A DNA stretch of 64,000 bases from Chiloscyllium plagiosum (GCF_004010195.1 NC_057753.1:9344341-9408340), one strand, 5' to 3'. Numbered from the stretch's first letter, positions 11,820 through 24,289 are shown. Numbers and translations are program-made. Notes: generated by a model from the letters alone, not told the origin.

Positions 11820-12452
11820 CACACTGAGCCCTCCAAAAACATAACACCCAGACACACCTCCCAACCACTCCACCATCACCACCCCATCAGGTCTTTTCTT
11901 CTGGTGGGTGAGACTAGGCTGCAAGATTAGTGGGGAGTAGATTTCGGACAGAGATGAGGAGGAGCTGCTTGTACCAGAGGGCGGTGAATCTACGGAATTC
12001 TGTGCTCAAGGAAGCAGTAGAGGCAGCTTCATTAAGACACTGTTGGATAGGTTTTTGCGTAGTAGGGGAAGTAAGGGTAGTTGGGGTAATGCAAGTAGGA
12101 GGAGCTGAGATGATTGATAGATCAGCCATGATTTTACACACTGAGCCCTCCAAAAACATAACACCCAGACACACCTCCCAACCACTCCACCATCACCACC
12201 CCATCAGGTCTTTTCTGCTGGTGGGTGAGACTCGGCTGCAAGATTAGTGGGGAGTAGATTTCGGACAGAGATGAGGAGGAGCTGCTTGTACCAGAGGGCG
12301 GTGAATCTACGGAATTCTGTGCTCAAGGAAGCAGTAGAGGCAGCTTCATTAAGACACTGTTGGATAGGTTTTTTCGTAGTAGGGGAAGTAAGGGTAGTTG
12401 GGATAATACAAGTAGGAGGAGCTGAGATGATTGATAGATCAGCCATGATTTT
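11820..12452. repeat. Direct tandem duplication, ~317-bp unit x2
   Basis: 'acactgagccctcc...atcagccatgatttta' repeated; duplicated ORF translations at 11930 and 12247. Confidence 0.9.
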
Positions 12453-14104
12453 AATGAATGGCGGAGCAGGTCGATGGGTCAAATGGTCTACTTCTTTTAT
12501 TACTTTGAAACTATAACCCTGCGTTTCCCCTGGCTAACCCACCTAACCTGCACATCCCTGGACACTGGGCAATTTAGCATGGCCAATCCAAATCAAGGCC
12601 AGTGAGAAATGTAGTGATGTGGAAACCAAACACCAGAGAATGATAGTAAGGGACAAGGAGAATAAATGTACTAACAATCAAAACTGGATTCTAACCATCA
12701 TAAAAAAATAAAACTAAAAGCTCAGTATGTGAATGTGTGCTGCATTGTAACAAAAGCGAATTAATTGACTGCACACGTTGAAGAGAATAATTGTGATCTG
12801 AGACTCCTGACAGAGATATGGCTTCAGAATGACAAGGATTGGATCCGGAAGATCGAGGGGATACGTGGCATTCAAGTCGAGTGGGAAGCTCAGTAAAGGT
12901 GGCCACTGCTAATCAAAGCACTGATAACATGGTAGTCTGGTGTCAGCTCGGATTTCAGGTCCTGATTTCTCTGTCCTCTGATCTCCCTGTTCCCACAGAG
13001 CTAGATGTTGTCTGTCCTCAGCTCTGCTTTATTTCTGTTGAAGCTTTGACCCCCTTTTACATCTTCTGGAGCAATGTAATATTCTGAGCCTCCTGGAAAT
13101 GACACCTTAGCTATACACCTTCTGATTGTTAAAACCTGTATATGGTTATCTCTCAATCTGCTAGGCTCCGTTGGAAAAATAGCCCAGCTTCTTCTTAACT
13201 CAAACCCTCCATTACCAGCAACATTCTGGTAAAGTCTGGAATATCGAATTGTATCAAATCACATCAATGTACTGTCTGAAACAATCTGGCTGTGTTCTTG
13301 CCTGAGATATTGAGAGTCCCTGGTGTAAGTAATTACGAATGCAATAATTTTGGTCCCAGAATTGGACAATCATTTTGCAACAAAGGGGTCTACTCTGATA
13401 AGGAGATAGTTGTAATTTCTAGAGTAAGTGAACAGTTTGTAGATTACGGAGATGAAGTTCCAGACACTTGGGAACGGCAAGAAATGACTGCGATAAATAA
13501 GACAAAGAACTGTGGATGCTGGAAATCTGAAACAAAAACTGAGAACACTGGAAAAACTCAGCAGGACTGGAAGCATCTGTGCAGAGGAAGCAGCGTTAGC
13601 GTTTCGAGTCCAACAACTCCTCTTCAGGATTCTGAAATAGTTTGTGAGAACTCGTTAAGTCATTTGCCCAGCTTTAAGACCATAATACACAGGAGCAGGA
13701 TGAGGCCATTTGGCCCATCGAGTCTGCTCCACCAGTCGATCATGGCTGATATGTTTCTCCATCTCATTCTGCTGCCCTCTCCTCATAACCCTTGACCCCT
13801 TACTAATCAAGAACCTATCTCTGTCTTAAATGCCCTCAATGACTCGGCATCCTCAACCCTTCTCCGAGTGGAAACATCATCTCCATATCCACATTATCCA
13901 GTCTTAGAGTAGCACAGCGCTGCCTGACCCACTCTGATCTCCAGCATTTGTTGTTTTCAGGAAGAATTCCTACAACAATGCGCTTCTAAATTTTGTACCC
14001 AGTTGGTTAGCTCTCCCTGATTCCCGTGAGATTTAACCTTACTCAACAATCCACTATGTGGTACAATTAACAAAGTTCCCACTCCCCACCTATTTTGTAC
14101 GCTT

Positions 14105-14430
14105 AGGTAGCACGATGGATCAGTGGTGAGCACTGCTGCTTCACAGCACCAAGCACCCGCGTTCGATTCCAACTTTGGGGCGACTGTATGTGATGAGTTT
14201 GCACGTTCTCCCTGGCGTGTCTGCGTGGGTTTCCTCCGGGTGCTCTGGTTTTCTCCCAAACTTTAAAAATATTCTGGTGAATTGGCCGAACTAAACGAGC
14301 CCACAGTGTGCAGGTCAGGAGTAAATGTAGAATAAAGGTATAGGGCAATTCGTCTGGATGGGTTACACTTTGGACAGGCGGTGTGGACCTGTTGGGCTGA
14401 ATGGCGTGTTTCCACATTTTCGGAATTCTA
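14105..14430 (+). mobile_element. HE1-like SINE
   Basis: 'cagtggtgagcactgctgcttcacagc', 'gagtttgcacgttctccc', HER1 tail. Confidence 0.75.
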
Positions 14431-14687
14431 CGTGGCATTCCCCCATTTCCAGAGTCTCAGAACTCTTGGCTTTTCCCATGGACAATTTGGGGGAGGGAAA
14501 CAATGTTTCGGTGAGTGTGAAGCTAAAAGTAAACGCAGTGCAGTACTTTAACTGTTTACCCCGGTATACCAGAAGCTCAGGGGTGACCTTACAGACGTTT
14601 ATAGAATCATGAGAGGCATGGGTAGGGTAAATAGACAAGGTCATTCCCTGGGATGGGAGAAGTCCAGAACAGGAGGGGAGTATTTTT

Positions 14688-14715
14688 NNNNNNNNNNNNN
14701 NNNNNNNNNNNNNNN
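14688..14715. other. Assembly gap (28 N)
   Basis: N run. Confidence 0.99.
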
Positions 14716-15629
14716 ATTTCTCTGTCCTCTGATCTCCCTGTTCCCACAGAGCTAGATGTTGTCTGTCCTCAGCTCTGCTTTATTTCTGTTGAAGCTTTGA
14801 CCCCCTTTTACATCTTCTGGAGCAATGTAATATTCTGAGCCTCCTGGAAATGACACCTTAGCTATACACCTTCTGATTGTTAATACCTGTATATGGTTAT
14901 CTCTCAATCTGCTAGGCTCCGTTGGAAACATATCCCAGCTTCTTCTTAACTCAAACCCTCCATTACCAGCAACATTCTGGTAAAGTCTGGAATATGGAAT
15001 TGTATCAAATCACATCAATGTACTGTCTGAAACAATCTGGCTGTGTTCTTGCCTGAGATATTGAGAGTCCCTGGTGTAAGTAACTGTTTACCCCGGTATA
15101 TCAGAAGCTCAGGGGTGACCTTACAGACGTTTATAGAATCATGAGAGGCATGGGTATGGTAAATAGACAAGGTCATTCCCTGGGATGAGAGAAGTCCAGA
15201 ACAGGAGGGAAGTATTTTTGGGGTGAGGGAGGCAAGTGTAAGGAATGATCTGCCGGAGGAAGTAGTGGATGGAGGTCCAATTGTAACATTTAAAAGGCAT
15301 CTGCATGGGTGTATGAATCGGAAGAGTTCAGAGGGATATGGGCCAAGTGCTGGTAATAGAGACGAGATTAATTTAGACTATCTGGTCGCCACGGATGAGT
15401 TAGACCGAAGGACCGGTTTTTGTGCTGTGTATCTCTATGACTCTGGGTTGCCCGTAATGTTTGCCATACCTGTATGTTCAGTTTCTGTCTGGTGTCGGCG
15501 CCAATGCCTTGATATCTCATTTCCTCCAACTCCTCACTTCCACCTCCCCAGATGTTAACCATTTCGTGTCTGGTTGTTTCTCAAGAGGCTGCATTGAAGG
15601 TTCATCCTGAATTGACACTTTTGATTTTG

Positions 15630-16129
15630 NNNNNNNNNNNNNNNNNNNNNNNNNNNNNNNNNNNNNNNNNNNNNNNNNNNNNNNNNNNNNNNNNNNNNNN
15701 NNNNNNNNNNNNNNNNNNNNNNNNNNNNNNNNNNNNNNNNNNNNNNNNNNNNNNNNNNNNNNNNNNNNNNNNNNNNNNNNNNNNNNNNNNNNNNNNNNNN
15801 NNNNNNNNNNNNNNNNNNNNNNNNNNNNNNNNNNNNNNNNNNNNNNNNNNNNNNNNNNNNNNNNNNNNNNNNNNNNNNNNNNNNNNNNNNNNNNNNNNNN
15901 NNNNNNNNNNNNNNNNNNNNNNNNNNNNNNNNNNNNNNNNNNNNNNNNNNNNNNNNNNNNNNNNNNNNNNNNNNNNNNNNNNNNNNNNNNNNNNNNNNNN
16001 NNNNNNNNNNNNNNNNNNNNNNNNNNNNNNNNNNNNNNNNNNNNNNNNNNNNNNNNNNNNNNNNNNNNNNNNNNNNNNNNNNNNNNNNNNNNNNNNNNNN
16101 NNNNNNNNNNNNNNNNNNNNNNNNNNNNN
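15630..16129. other. Assembly gap (500 N)
   Basis: N run. Confidence 0.99.
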
Positions 16130-17300
16130 AACGGTGAGCTTGAATTTTATAAACGGTGTCAGTAAAATCCAGTAGTGGACACTGATTTGGTTCAGTCGAT
16201 TTTTTTGCCAAGCGCAATTCACCGAGAGGATGCTGCTGTGTGAAACAGCGTGGGGAATTACTGCAGGGCCTCCTGCACATGGGACACACCGCAACTGATG
16301 TATTTCACCTTCACCAGTTTATTCTTATCTCGGAGAAGAGAGGTTTGATGATTCGGATCATAGCAGCCAGACAGAGAACAGGAGAAGAGCACTCAGACTT
16401 TCAAAAGCTTGTCACCACAGCTGGGTCATCGTGGCCCGTGTATCAGTATGGGATAGTAATCTGCATCTACCATTGCTGTGATGGAGTATCCTGTTGGGCA
16501 GAATATATCCGTTGTTAGATTTTCCACGTTCTGTTAGTCCAACTCCGATTTCACTCAGAATCACAAAATGTGTGACAGCGCAGACTGAGGCCATGCAGCC
16601 CACCTTAGCTCTGCTGGCTCAACACAATATGTAAATAAGTGTCTCATTCTGTCGCCTTCTCCCTCTAAGTCTGCACATTGTTACATTGAACATGCCCACC
16701 CGAATTCCCTTTTGTGTCCATTGAATCTGTCTCTTTGTCACTGTCAGGCAGTGACTTACTGATCCCACTCCCTGTGCGATAACGGTCTTCCTAATGTCAC
16801 TTTTACTTATTTTCGTGATGACTTTCAATCTCTGCCAAATCGTTCTCGATCCTTTCAGGCCTGGGAGCATTTTCACAGCATTATTTCCTCTGTTTAAAAC
16901 CCTCCTGACGTGGAAAACTTCAATCAGGTCAGCTCTCAGCCTTCTGTTCACCAAAGACAACTGCCCCAACTTTCCAATCTACCTTCATGACTGACATTCC
17001 TCATACACGGTACCATTCTCTTCAACCTGTTCAGCGCTGTCTGCAATCACTTCACTTCCCCACTTCTTGAAGTGTCACACTCAGAGTGCAATACAGGTGG
17101 AGGATTCATTCAGACTCGGATTGCGCGGGCGAAAAATCTGCAATACTTGTTTTCACTTTGAGCAAGTGTTTTCCTTCGCCGTGTTCTCTGAAATGACACC
17201 TCTGTCCCATTCCTAATTCAGGCAGTCCGATCTGATTTAACGAAGCGTCTTTTTGAGAAAACTGACCCGGCATTTTTGCTCAGGTCAATTTAAGAAATGA

Positions 17301-17390
17301 GGGTTCGCCTGGGATTGAAACCCGGCACCTCCCACACGTCTGTATAAGCTAGAAAACCCAAAGCTAGCATCATACTCAGACCAACGAGCC
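17301..17390 (-). pseudogene. tRNA-Pro(TGG) pseudogene with 20-nt intron-like insert at 37/38
   Basis: GGCTCGTTGGTCT..GTATGATGCTAGCTTTGGG[TTTTCTAGCTTATACAGACG]TGTGGGAGGTGCCGGGTTTCAATCCCAGGCGAACCC; insert at 17337-17356. Confidence 0.8.
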
Positions 17391-18198
17391 AAAAACCACG
17401 TGTGCGCCCAGCTCCTGAAGCAACTGGGAGTTGTTCAGTACGAAATACATTGTACATTGCTCCCAGAATTACAAGCAGCAAAGACTTTCAAGAACATCTG
17501 CTTCTCATTCTGTCTCCCTGCTCCCAGGACGCTGCTGTTTGTCCCGTCCCCAGGAACCGGGCTTTCTTCACTTGTGGATAACTGAAACATTTCGTTTCTA
17601 CTTACAAGCTGTGCTGGTGGAAGGCAGAGCCCAATCGCTCTTCTGCTCTCTCTCTCACTATTACGTGAGGCAGGAGAAGTCAGTTACAGTCATGCGTAGG
17701 AAATGGACAACTTTGAACTTGTTCCAAAGGTCCTGTTAATGGAGAGATCGAACGATGCTGTGCTGCCGGGACAGAGAGAAATGGACACCGAGACTCTTCC
17801 CTCAGGTAAATTGATATGAGTGCATTTTTGTGCACCCTTCTTGGTGTTCAGAATTTGTCTTGACACAGCAATCCTGCAGAGAGTCTTTTCTTACACGGGC
17901 ATTGATTTCTTTACTGCAGGAATGGACCAAACCAGCAAATCAGGTGTTACAACTTCACCGGTTCATTGCCATCTGAGAGAAGAGGTTTAAAACTTGAGAT
18001 CAGAACACACCGACAGAAAACTGGACCAGACAACTCAGAGCTCCACAAGTGTGCCTGCGCAACTGTATAAATTTGACTTGTGTATCGATGTGACATATTT
18101 AACTCAGAAACCCGAAGTTTTGGGAAGCAGATGACAAGGCAAGGAACAGAACAGAGCGCCGTTAGACGGGAAAGCTGTTATAGACGACATTGAGTGAA

Positions 18199-18261
18199 TA
18201 GGAGAAAATGGTTTCACTTCTGGGTTATGATCCCAACATGCACCCGTTGTGCCATTCTCCT
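18199..18261 (-). pseudogene. tRNA-iMet(CAT) relic
   Basis: AGGAGAATGGCACAACGG..GGGATCATAACCCAGAAGT-GAAACCATTTTCTCCTA; T-arm deletion. Confidence 0.65.
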
Positions 18262-19605
18262 GCATTGCACAGCAGGTTTTCCAGAGAAGTATTCAGCTTT
18301 TCATCTGGCGTGTGACTTGCATGTTGGAGAATGGCGTCAAAAGATCTTCACTGCTGTAGTGTCATGTGCTGTTGTGCAGACATATCCGCAAATATAAACT
18401 CAGAGAGTAATGTACATTGGAGACTCTGAGCCAGCTGAACTTGATCAGTGTGAAATACATTCCACATTGCTCCAAGAATTGCAAGCAGCAGTTTCCAGAA
18501 CATCTGCTTGTCATTCTGTCCCCGGGGCGCTGATGTTTGCCTCATCCCCAGGAACTGGACTCTCTCCACTGGCGGATAATTAAACCAATTTGTTCCTACT
18601 TAGAAGCAGTTCATGGGGTTGAGGGCGCGGGGTGAGTTCATTCGCTCTTCTGCTCTCTCTCTCAATCCCTTGGGGTGAGAGGTATCAGTTACACTAATGC
18701 GTGGGAAGTGAGCAACTTTGATTGTGAACTTTCTCCAAAGGTCTGTTATCGGAGAGATAGAAAGATGCTGTGCTGGCGGATCAGAGAGAAATGGACACCG
18801 AAGACTCTTCCCTCAGGTAAATTCATATGAATACATTGTTGTACAGCCTGCTTGGTGTTCAGAATTCCTCACATGCAGCAATCTTACAGAAATCTATTGC
18901 AAAGTGGGCATCGGTTTCCTTGCTGCGACCGCGCAGCAGTTAACATCTGAGCTCCAAGTGTCCCAGATGAAGAGAATCCGAGTGAAACCTTCACTCACTG
19001 AGAGTCATCCCCACGGCCCTGAGCTGTGGGACTGCAGGCAGTCCAACACAGAAGGGACGGTTAAAAATGAACGTTGTTTCTCCCTCAGTCTGTCTGCCCC
19101 AGAGACAGGCAGTGGGACGGCATAAACGCGTAGCATCATTCTCCCGCCGACAGAGGCGGTTCAGCCCATCGAGTCACGGCGACTGTCTGTCACTTGTCTC
19201 TCTCTCTCTGAGGTTATTCACAATCGGTGATATCTGTCTTAATAGTAAGGGACTGTATCTGAATGGTGATACAGTTTCTGACATGCTGATCGTCTTGTCA
19301 TTCACATCCGAACCGGCGTGACGAATTACTGCAGGGAATGGATGAAACCGCAAGGCATGTGTTTCAACGTTATCAGCTCATTGGCATCTCAGAGAAGTGG
19401 TTTTGCGAATCAGTTCATAGGAAACCGACGAAGAACAGGAGAAGACCACTCAGACCTCCAAAAAGCATGTTACTTGAACCGTGTAAGGTTCACGAGTGTA
19501 TCGGTATGATACAGGGCATTCAGACACTCAGGAAGTAGGTGCAAAGGCAAGATACAGAACAGAGAACAGCTACAAAAGGAGGCTGTTCAAGGAGACATCG
19601 AGCAA

Positions 19606-19662
19606 CAGCAGAGGATGGCTTCGATCCATCGACCTCGGCGTTATGGGCCCAGCACGCTCCCG
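19606..19662 (-). pseudogene. tRNA-iMet(CAT), 5' truncated
   Basis: CGGGAGCGTGCTGGGCCCATAACGCCGAGGTCGATGGATCGAAGCCATCCTCTGCTG, with the initiator-diagnostic GATCG T-loop. Confidence 0.85.
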
Positions 19663-20422
19663 TTATCCACAGGTCCCTTCAGCCGTTCGTCTGGCATGTG
19701 GCATGCACGTTCGAGACTGATGTCAAAGATCTCCACTGATGTCGTGTAATATGCTGTTGCGCAGACATATGGAGGCTGTGTAAATATAAACTTTTTTCTC
19801 ACTTCCCACATTCTGTTGGTCGAACTGTGATTTCATTCTGAGTCACAGCATGTGTCACATCACAGACGGAAGCCATGCGGCCCACCTTTGCTCTGCTGGT
19901 TCGACACAGGAAGGAAACGTGTTTCTCTATTCATATCATTCGCTTGTCTTCTCCGTGTATTTCTGCATATTGTTACTTTAAACATGACCACCGAATTCCC
20001 CGATGCGTCTATTGAATCTGCCTCTTTGTCAATGTCAGATAGGGATTTGCTGACCCTAACATACCCTTCCTCATGTCACTTTTAGATCTGTTCCTCATGA
20101 CTTTAAAACTCTGCCGAATCATTGCCGATCCTTTCAGGCGTGGGAGCATTTTAACTGCATTACTTTCTCTGTCTGGACCCCGCATGACTCAGAAAGCTTC
20201 AGTCAGGCCAGATTTCGAACTTCTGTTCTCCGAGGAGAGCTGTCCTAATTTTTCAATCTACCCTCATCGCTGACATTCCTTAAATACGGCACCACTGGCG
20301 TCAACTCAATATTCCATCATTTCACTTCCTTGCTTTCTGCTCAATTTGTACTCCAAGCCTGGTTTAGCGAAGGTGCTTTTTGAGAAAACTAACCGGGCAC
20401 TCCTGCACAAACCAGGAAACGC

Positions 20423-20505
20423 GGGCTCGCGCCGAGATTCGAGCTCTTGCAAGCCTGCGCAGTCGAAGACCCAAAGCGAGAATCATACCCAGAGACCAAC
20501 ACCGA
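20423..20505 (-). pseudogene. tRNA-Pro(TGG) pseudogene with 18-nt intron-like insert at 37/38
   Basis: GTTGGTCTCTGGGTATGATTCTCGCTTTGGG[TCTTCGACTGCGCAGGCT]TGCAAGAG..CTCGAATCTCGGCGCGAGCCC; insert at 20452-20469; T-stem deletion. Confidence 0.8.
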
Positions 20506-20933
20506 CACCACGCACGGGCACCCACTCTACCTCTTCAACCAGCTGAGTCTTGCTCAGTGTGAAATACATTTGACATTGCTGTGAGAATTCCAAGCGGCAA
20601 AGAGTTTCCAAAACAGCTGCTTCTTATTCTGTCTCCCTGCTGCTGTTTGTCCCGGGACGTCTCTACTGGCAGAGAGTTGAACCATTTTGTTTCTAAACGT
20701 TTCTCTAACACCGGAGTGACCAGTGATAAGCATTGCCCTCCTCAACACAGGATTCAGAGAACAACAGAAGACCACTCAGACCTCCACTAGGGTGTTATCT
20801 CAACTGTGCACATTGGGCCAGTAAATCAATGTGAAATATTTATGTCGAAGATATTTGGGAAAGAGATGAGAAGGCGAGGTGCAGAACAGTGCGCTGTTAT
20901 ACGGGAAAGCTGCTAAAGACGACATTGACTGAA

Positions 20934-20981
20934 TAGGAGAGATGGTTTCCCTCCTGGGTGATGCTCCCATCACGCACCTGC
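20934..20981 (-). pseudogene. tRNA-iMet relic
   Basis: Paralog of 18199-18261 in the same repeat context. Confidence 0.5.
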
Positions 20982-21146
20982 AGACATATCGCCGTCGTGC
21001 AAGTATAAACTCTGTCTAAATTTCCACATTTTTTTTTTCGAACTGTGATTTCGCTCAAAAACAAAAGATTTCAACACTCGCAACATGCAAACTTTACAAA
21101 GTTCTCATAGATATATTTAGCGAACACCTGCAAGAAATTCTTCCAA

Positions 21147-21452
21147 ACTTACCTGGGGAATTTCGGTTTGAGTGGTCTAGAACTTTAAGTGGAAGGACGG
21201 GAAGTTTGCCTCGAGGCTGCGTAATGTGGAGATGTGTTCCCCATGTTAACTGATAGTGGTTCGCCATCCCAGTGCTTCCCGATGCAGGGTTGCCCTGACC
21301 CACAGGGAGGTTTATTTGATAAACTGTCCCGGGGGCTTCCAGTCTCACCATGACGTCATAGTGCGCGCCCCCGATGATGGCCCGCAGCTGCTATGACACA
21401 ATAATGATGCTGGCCCCGGAACATGAATACGAATTAGTTCATGAGTCACGTG
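21147..21452 (-). promoter_or_regulatory. Candidate promoter and first exon
   Basis: CRE TGACGTCA 21351-21358, AP-1/E-box TGAGTCACGTG 21442-21452, consensus donor CAG|GTAAGT at 21153/21152. Confidence 0.35.
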
Positions 21453-21519
21453 GTACTGAATCATTCGATGGAATGTTCTTTCAACTTCACGGATTTAAAT
21501 ATGAGAGGAGGCAAATGGG

Positions 21520-22160
21520 CAGGGTTACATCTCGGGGCCAATCTTCCTTCACTCGCAACACCCCACACCCACCTCCCATTGTCACAAGGCACTTTCCCCT
21601 GCAACTGCCGAATGTGTAACACCTGCCCATTTACCTGCTCCCTCCTGAATATCCAAGGGCTAGAGCATACCTTCCAGGTCAAGCAGCTCTTTGCCACAAC
21701 CTCGTACACTGCATTCGTTGCTCACAGTGTGGTTTCCCCAACGTAGCATGTAGCATAAACTGGGTGACTGCTTCGCAGAACATCTCGGTTCTGCCCGCAA
21801 GAAAAAGCTTCTGGTTGCCTGTCACTTTAACACGCCACCCTGTTCCCTGGCCAACATCTCTGTCTCAGGCATGCAGCAGTGTTCCAGCGAAGCTCAGCTC
21901 CTGATGGAAGACCAAAGCCTCATTTTCCACTTGGAGATCCTATAGCCCACCAGTCTTCAACATCGAGTTCAATATTGTTTGGACCCGAACTCCCCCATGT
22001 CCTTAACCCCTACCACACCCACATGAGGCCTTGTTATCACATCGTCTGCTGTTACACACGACTTATTGTTAGCCAGGAACAGTCTCCATTAATAGTTAGT
22101 CACCCTCCTACACAGATCGTTATTCACTCCTTTGGCCCTCCAATGTTCTCCCTCTGAACT
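21520..22160 (+). mobile_element. Penelope-like element (GIY-YIG region remnant)
   Basis: GTFPCNCRMCNTC zinc-knuckle-like linker, CIRCSQCG, EHL..VACHFN motifs. Confidence 0.7.
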
Positions 22161-23043
22161 GGCAGCAAAGACAGCAATGTGGACTGGTATCCCTGAGCCA
22201 ACTGTTTGTCCCATCTACAGGAACCGGGTTCTCTCCATTGGCGGATAATTAAACCATTTTGCTGTTGCGCTGACATGAGGAGATTGTGTAAATATAAACT
22301 TTTCTGAATTCCCACCTTCCATTGGTCGAACTGTGAGTTCACTCTGAATCACAACACGTGTCACAGCGCATTTGGAGGCCCATCTCAGCTCTGTTGGTTC
22401 TACACAGCAAGTAAATGAGAGTCTCTATGCATATCATTCTCTTGCCTTCTCCCTGTAAATCTCCACATTGTTATTTTGAACATGACCACCGAATTCCCTT
22501 TTGTGTTCGTGAATCTGCCTCTTTGTCACGGTCAGACAGGGATTTACGTATCCGAACCACTCCCTGTGCGAAAATGTTCTTCCTAATGTCAGTTTTACTT
22601 TCTTTCCAAATGCCTTGAAATCTCTGCCATTTTTGGGGAAATTGAAAGGATTATCATTCCTGCACATGAGGCTGAATTGATTTAATTTCTAACGTAAAGG
22701 ACTGCGGATGCTGAGAATCCGAGACAGAAAGAGGAACTGCTGGAGAAACTCAGCAGGTTTGGCAGTACCTGTGGGAGAAAACAGAGTTCTGATATATTGT
22801 CTCTGATTCTCTTTCCACAGATGCTGCCTGACCTGCTGAGTTGCTCCTGCAATTTCTGTTTTTGCTTTTAACTGAAAGTTCATTTCATCTTTCGGAATGA
22901 ACCACCCAGACTCTCCACTTGCAGATATTTAACCCTTTCGAAACCTGTGAAGTGATTGGATTCAAACAAACCCAGCAATAATTCACTCTTTCTCAGCTCC
23001 ACAGGCAGAGAGACCTGGGAAATGAAGCTGTCAATGTGGTTCT

Positions 23044-23126
23044 TTATTCGTGGGCCGAGTGGTTAATGCCACAAACTTGAAATCCATTGCAGTTTCCCCA
23101 TGCAGGTGTGAACCCTGCTGACTACA
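23044..23126 (+). pseudogene. tRNA-Ser(TGA) pseudogene
   Basis: Paralog of 6723-6805; same GGTGTGAACC T-loop lesion; anticodon loop CTTGAAA. Confidence 0.75.
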
Positions 23127-24289
23127 AAATGAGACATGTCGTCAAAAAGAAAGGGAGACTGTTCCCCGGTTTCGTCTTTAAGATTCAAATCAGTGGAGGG
23201 TGAAAGATATTTCACTCACATTGGGACTGGTCGGGAATCTGAAACTCACTGCCTGTCAGGGTGGTACAAGCAGATACCCACAGAGCTGCTTTTGAGGCAA
23301 TCAGTCAAATATTTGGAAATGAGACTAGAACAGTGAGGGGCGTGAAGTCGTGATCGAAATGAAGCAGGCACCTGAGGATTAATTTTATTTGCCAGTGAAA
23401 GATACTGCTTCACAAAGTCGGAACTATGGAAGGGAAGCAGTGACGATGATTATCTTTGGCTGTTCACCTTGTGAATGTTCCCATTGTTGCGCATGTCCGT
23501 GTTAACGTCAGAATTCTGCAGCATGGCGGCGTCAGGTACGCACAGGGCCGGGGCACAATGGCTGACGCATCTGACTCCAGCTATCTGTTTGAAATGCAGC
23601 TCACAGCTTCTTCAAACAGCCCAATTAATCTGTCTCAATGTCCTGAAGCCGGTTTGAATTCTTGATCTGCAGGAACGAGTCTCTTTTCACTGTTTCGGAT
23701 CAGTAAATGTCCCTGAGAACATCAGAGACAAGTCACGGCGCTGTCAGAGGAGGGGAAGCTGAAATAGCCCCACATGCTGGGCACATTTCACTTTCCCCAA
23801 CTCACCGCCCCAACCACTGCGGCTCCTGGGAGTGGAAAGGGAACAAACACCAAAACCCAATCTCATATTTGTGAATCTTCCGAAAATAAGAAAACTGCTC
23901 ATCCTGGGCTGACAGGGGTGATTGTAAATGGCTGTCCAGTCAGTGTCGATTCTTTTTGGCTGAAAATATCTTCCTTATCTCATCCCAGCATTTCTTCCCA
24001 CAGAGAACTGTGCGGCAGAGTTCATGTATATATTTCCTTGGATGGTATTTTGTAAATAATATTCTTTTCTGCTTGTTTTATATCGGGATTTCAGGTTCAT
24101 TAGCGGCTGTTCAAGTGCGTTGGTAGGTTTGTGGGCCACCATGATGCTGAGAGGTTTGAGTTGAGTGGACATCATTTACCAGATGTATTTAATATAATGT
24201 AATGTGGCTACGGTTTCTCCACACGTTGTTTCTGCTTGTGTCAATTTGTTGATGAGAAATCGGCAGATTGGTTTATTGAGTCGGCAAAA

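Larger units (their letters stand above)
8270..13090 (-). repeat. Inverted copy of the ZF-gene intron-1 duplicon (matches ~57890-60850)
   Basis: Same order of Penelope, CR1, unique and SINE blocks in reverse complement (e.g. 11400-11550 vs 58880-59050; 12950-13085 vs 57890-58050). Confidence 0.8.
16200..22630. repeat. Decayed, scrambled tandem array carrying tRNA relics
   Basis: Blocks recur 2-4 times (16500-17050 ~ 19770-20330 ~ 22280-22630; 17630-17900 ~ 18640-18930; 16300-16420 ~ 17940-18050 ~ 19350-19470). Confidence 0.75.

Noticed and set aside
12965..15220. Near-identical repeats (12965-13330 vs 14716-15082; 14550-14687 vs 15082-15220)
   Set aside because: They flank a 28-N gap and are almost identical, so probably an uncollapsed haplotype or scaffolding overlap
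15552..16294. Long ORFs containing X runs (also 32080-32673 and 54300-55134)
   Set aside because: Artefacts of translating through N gaps
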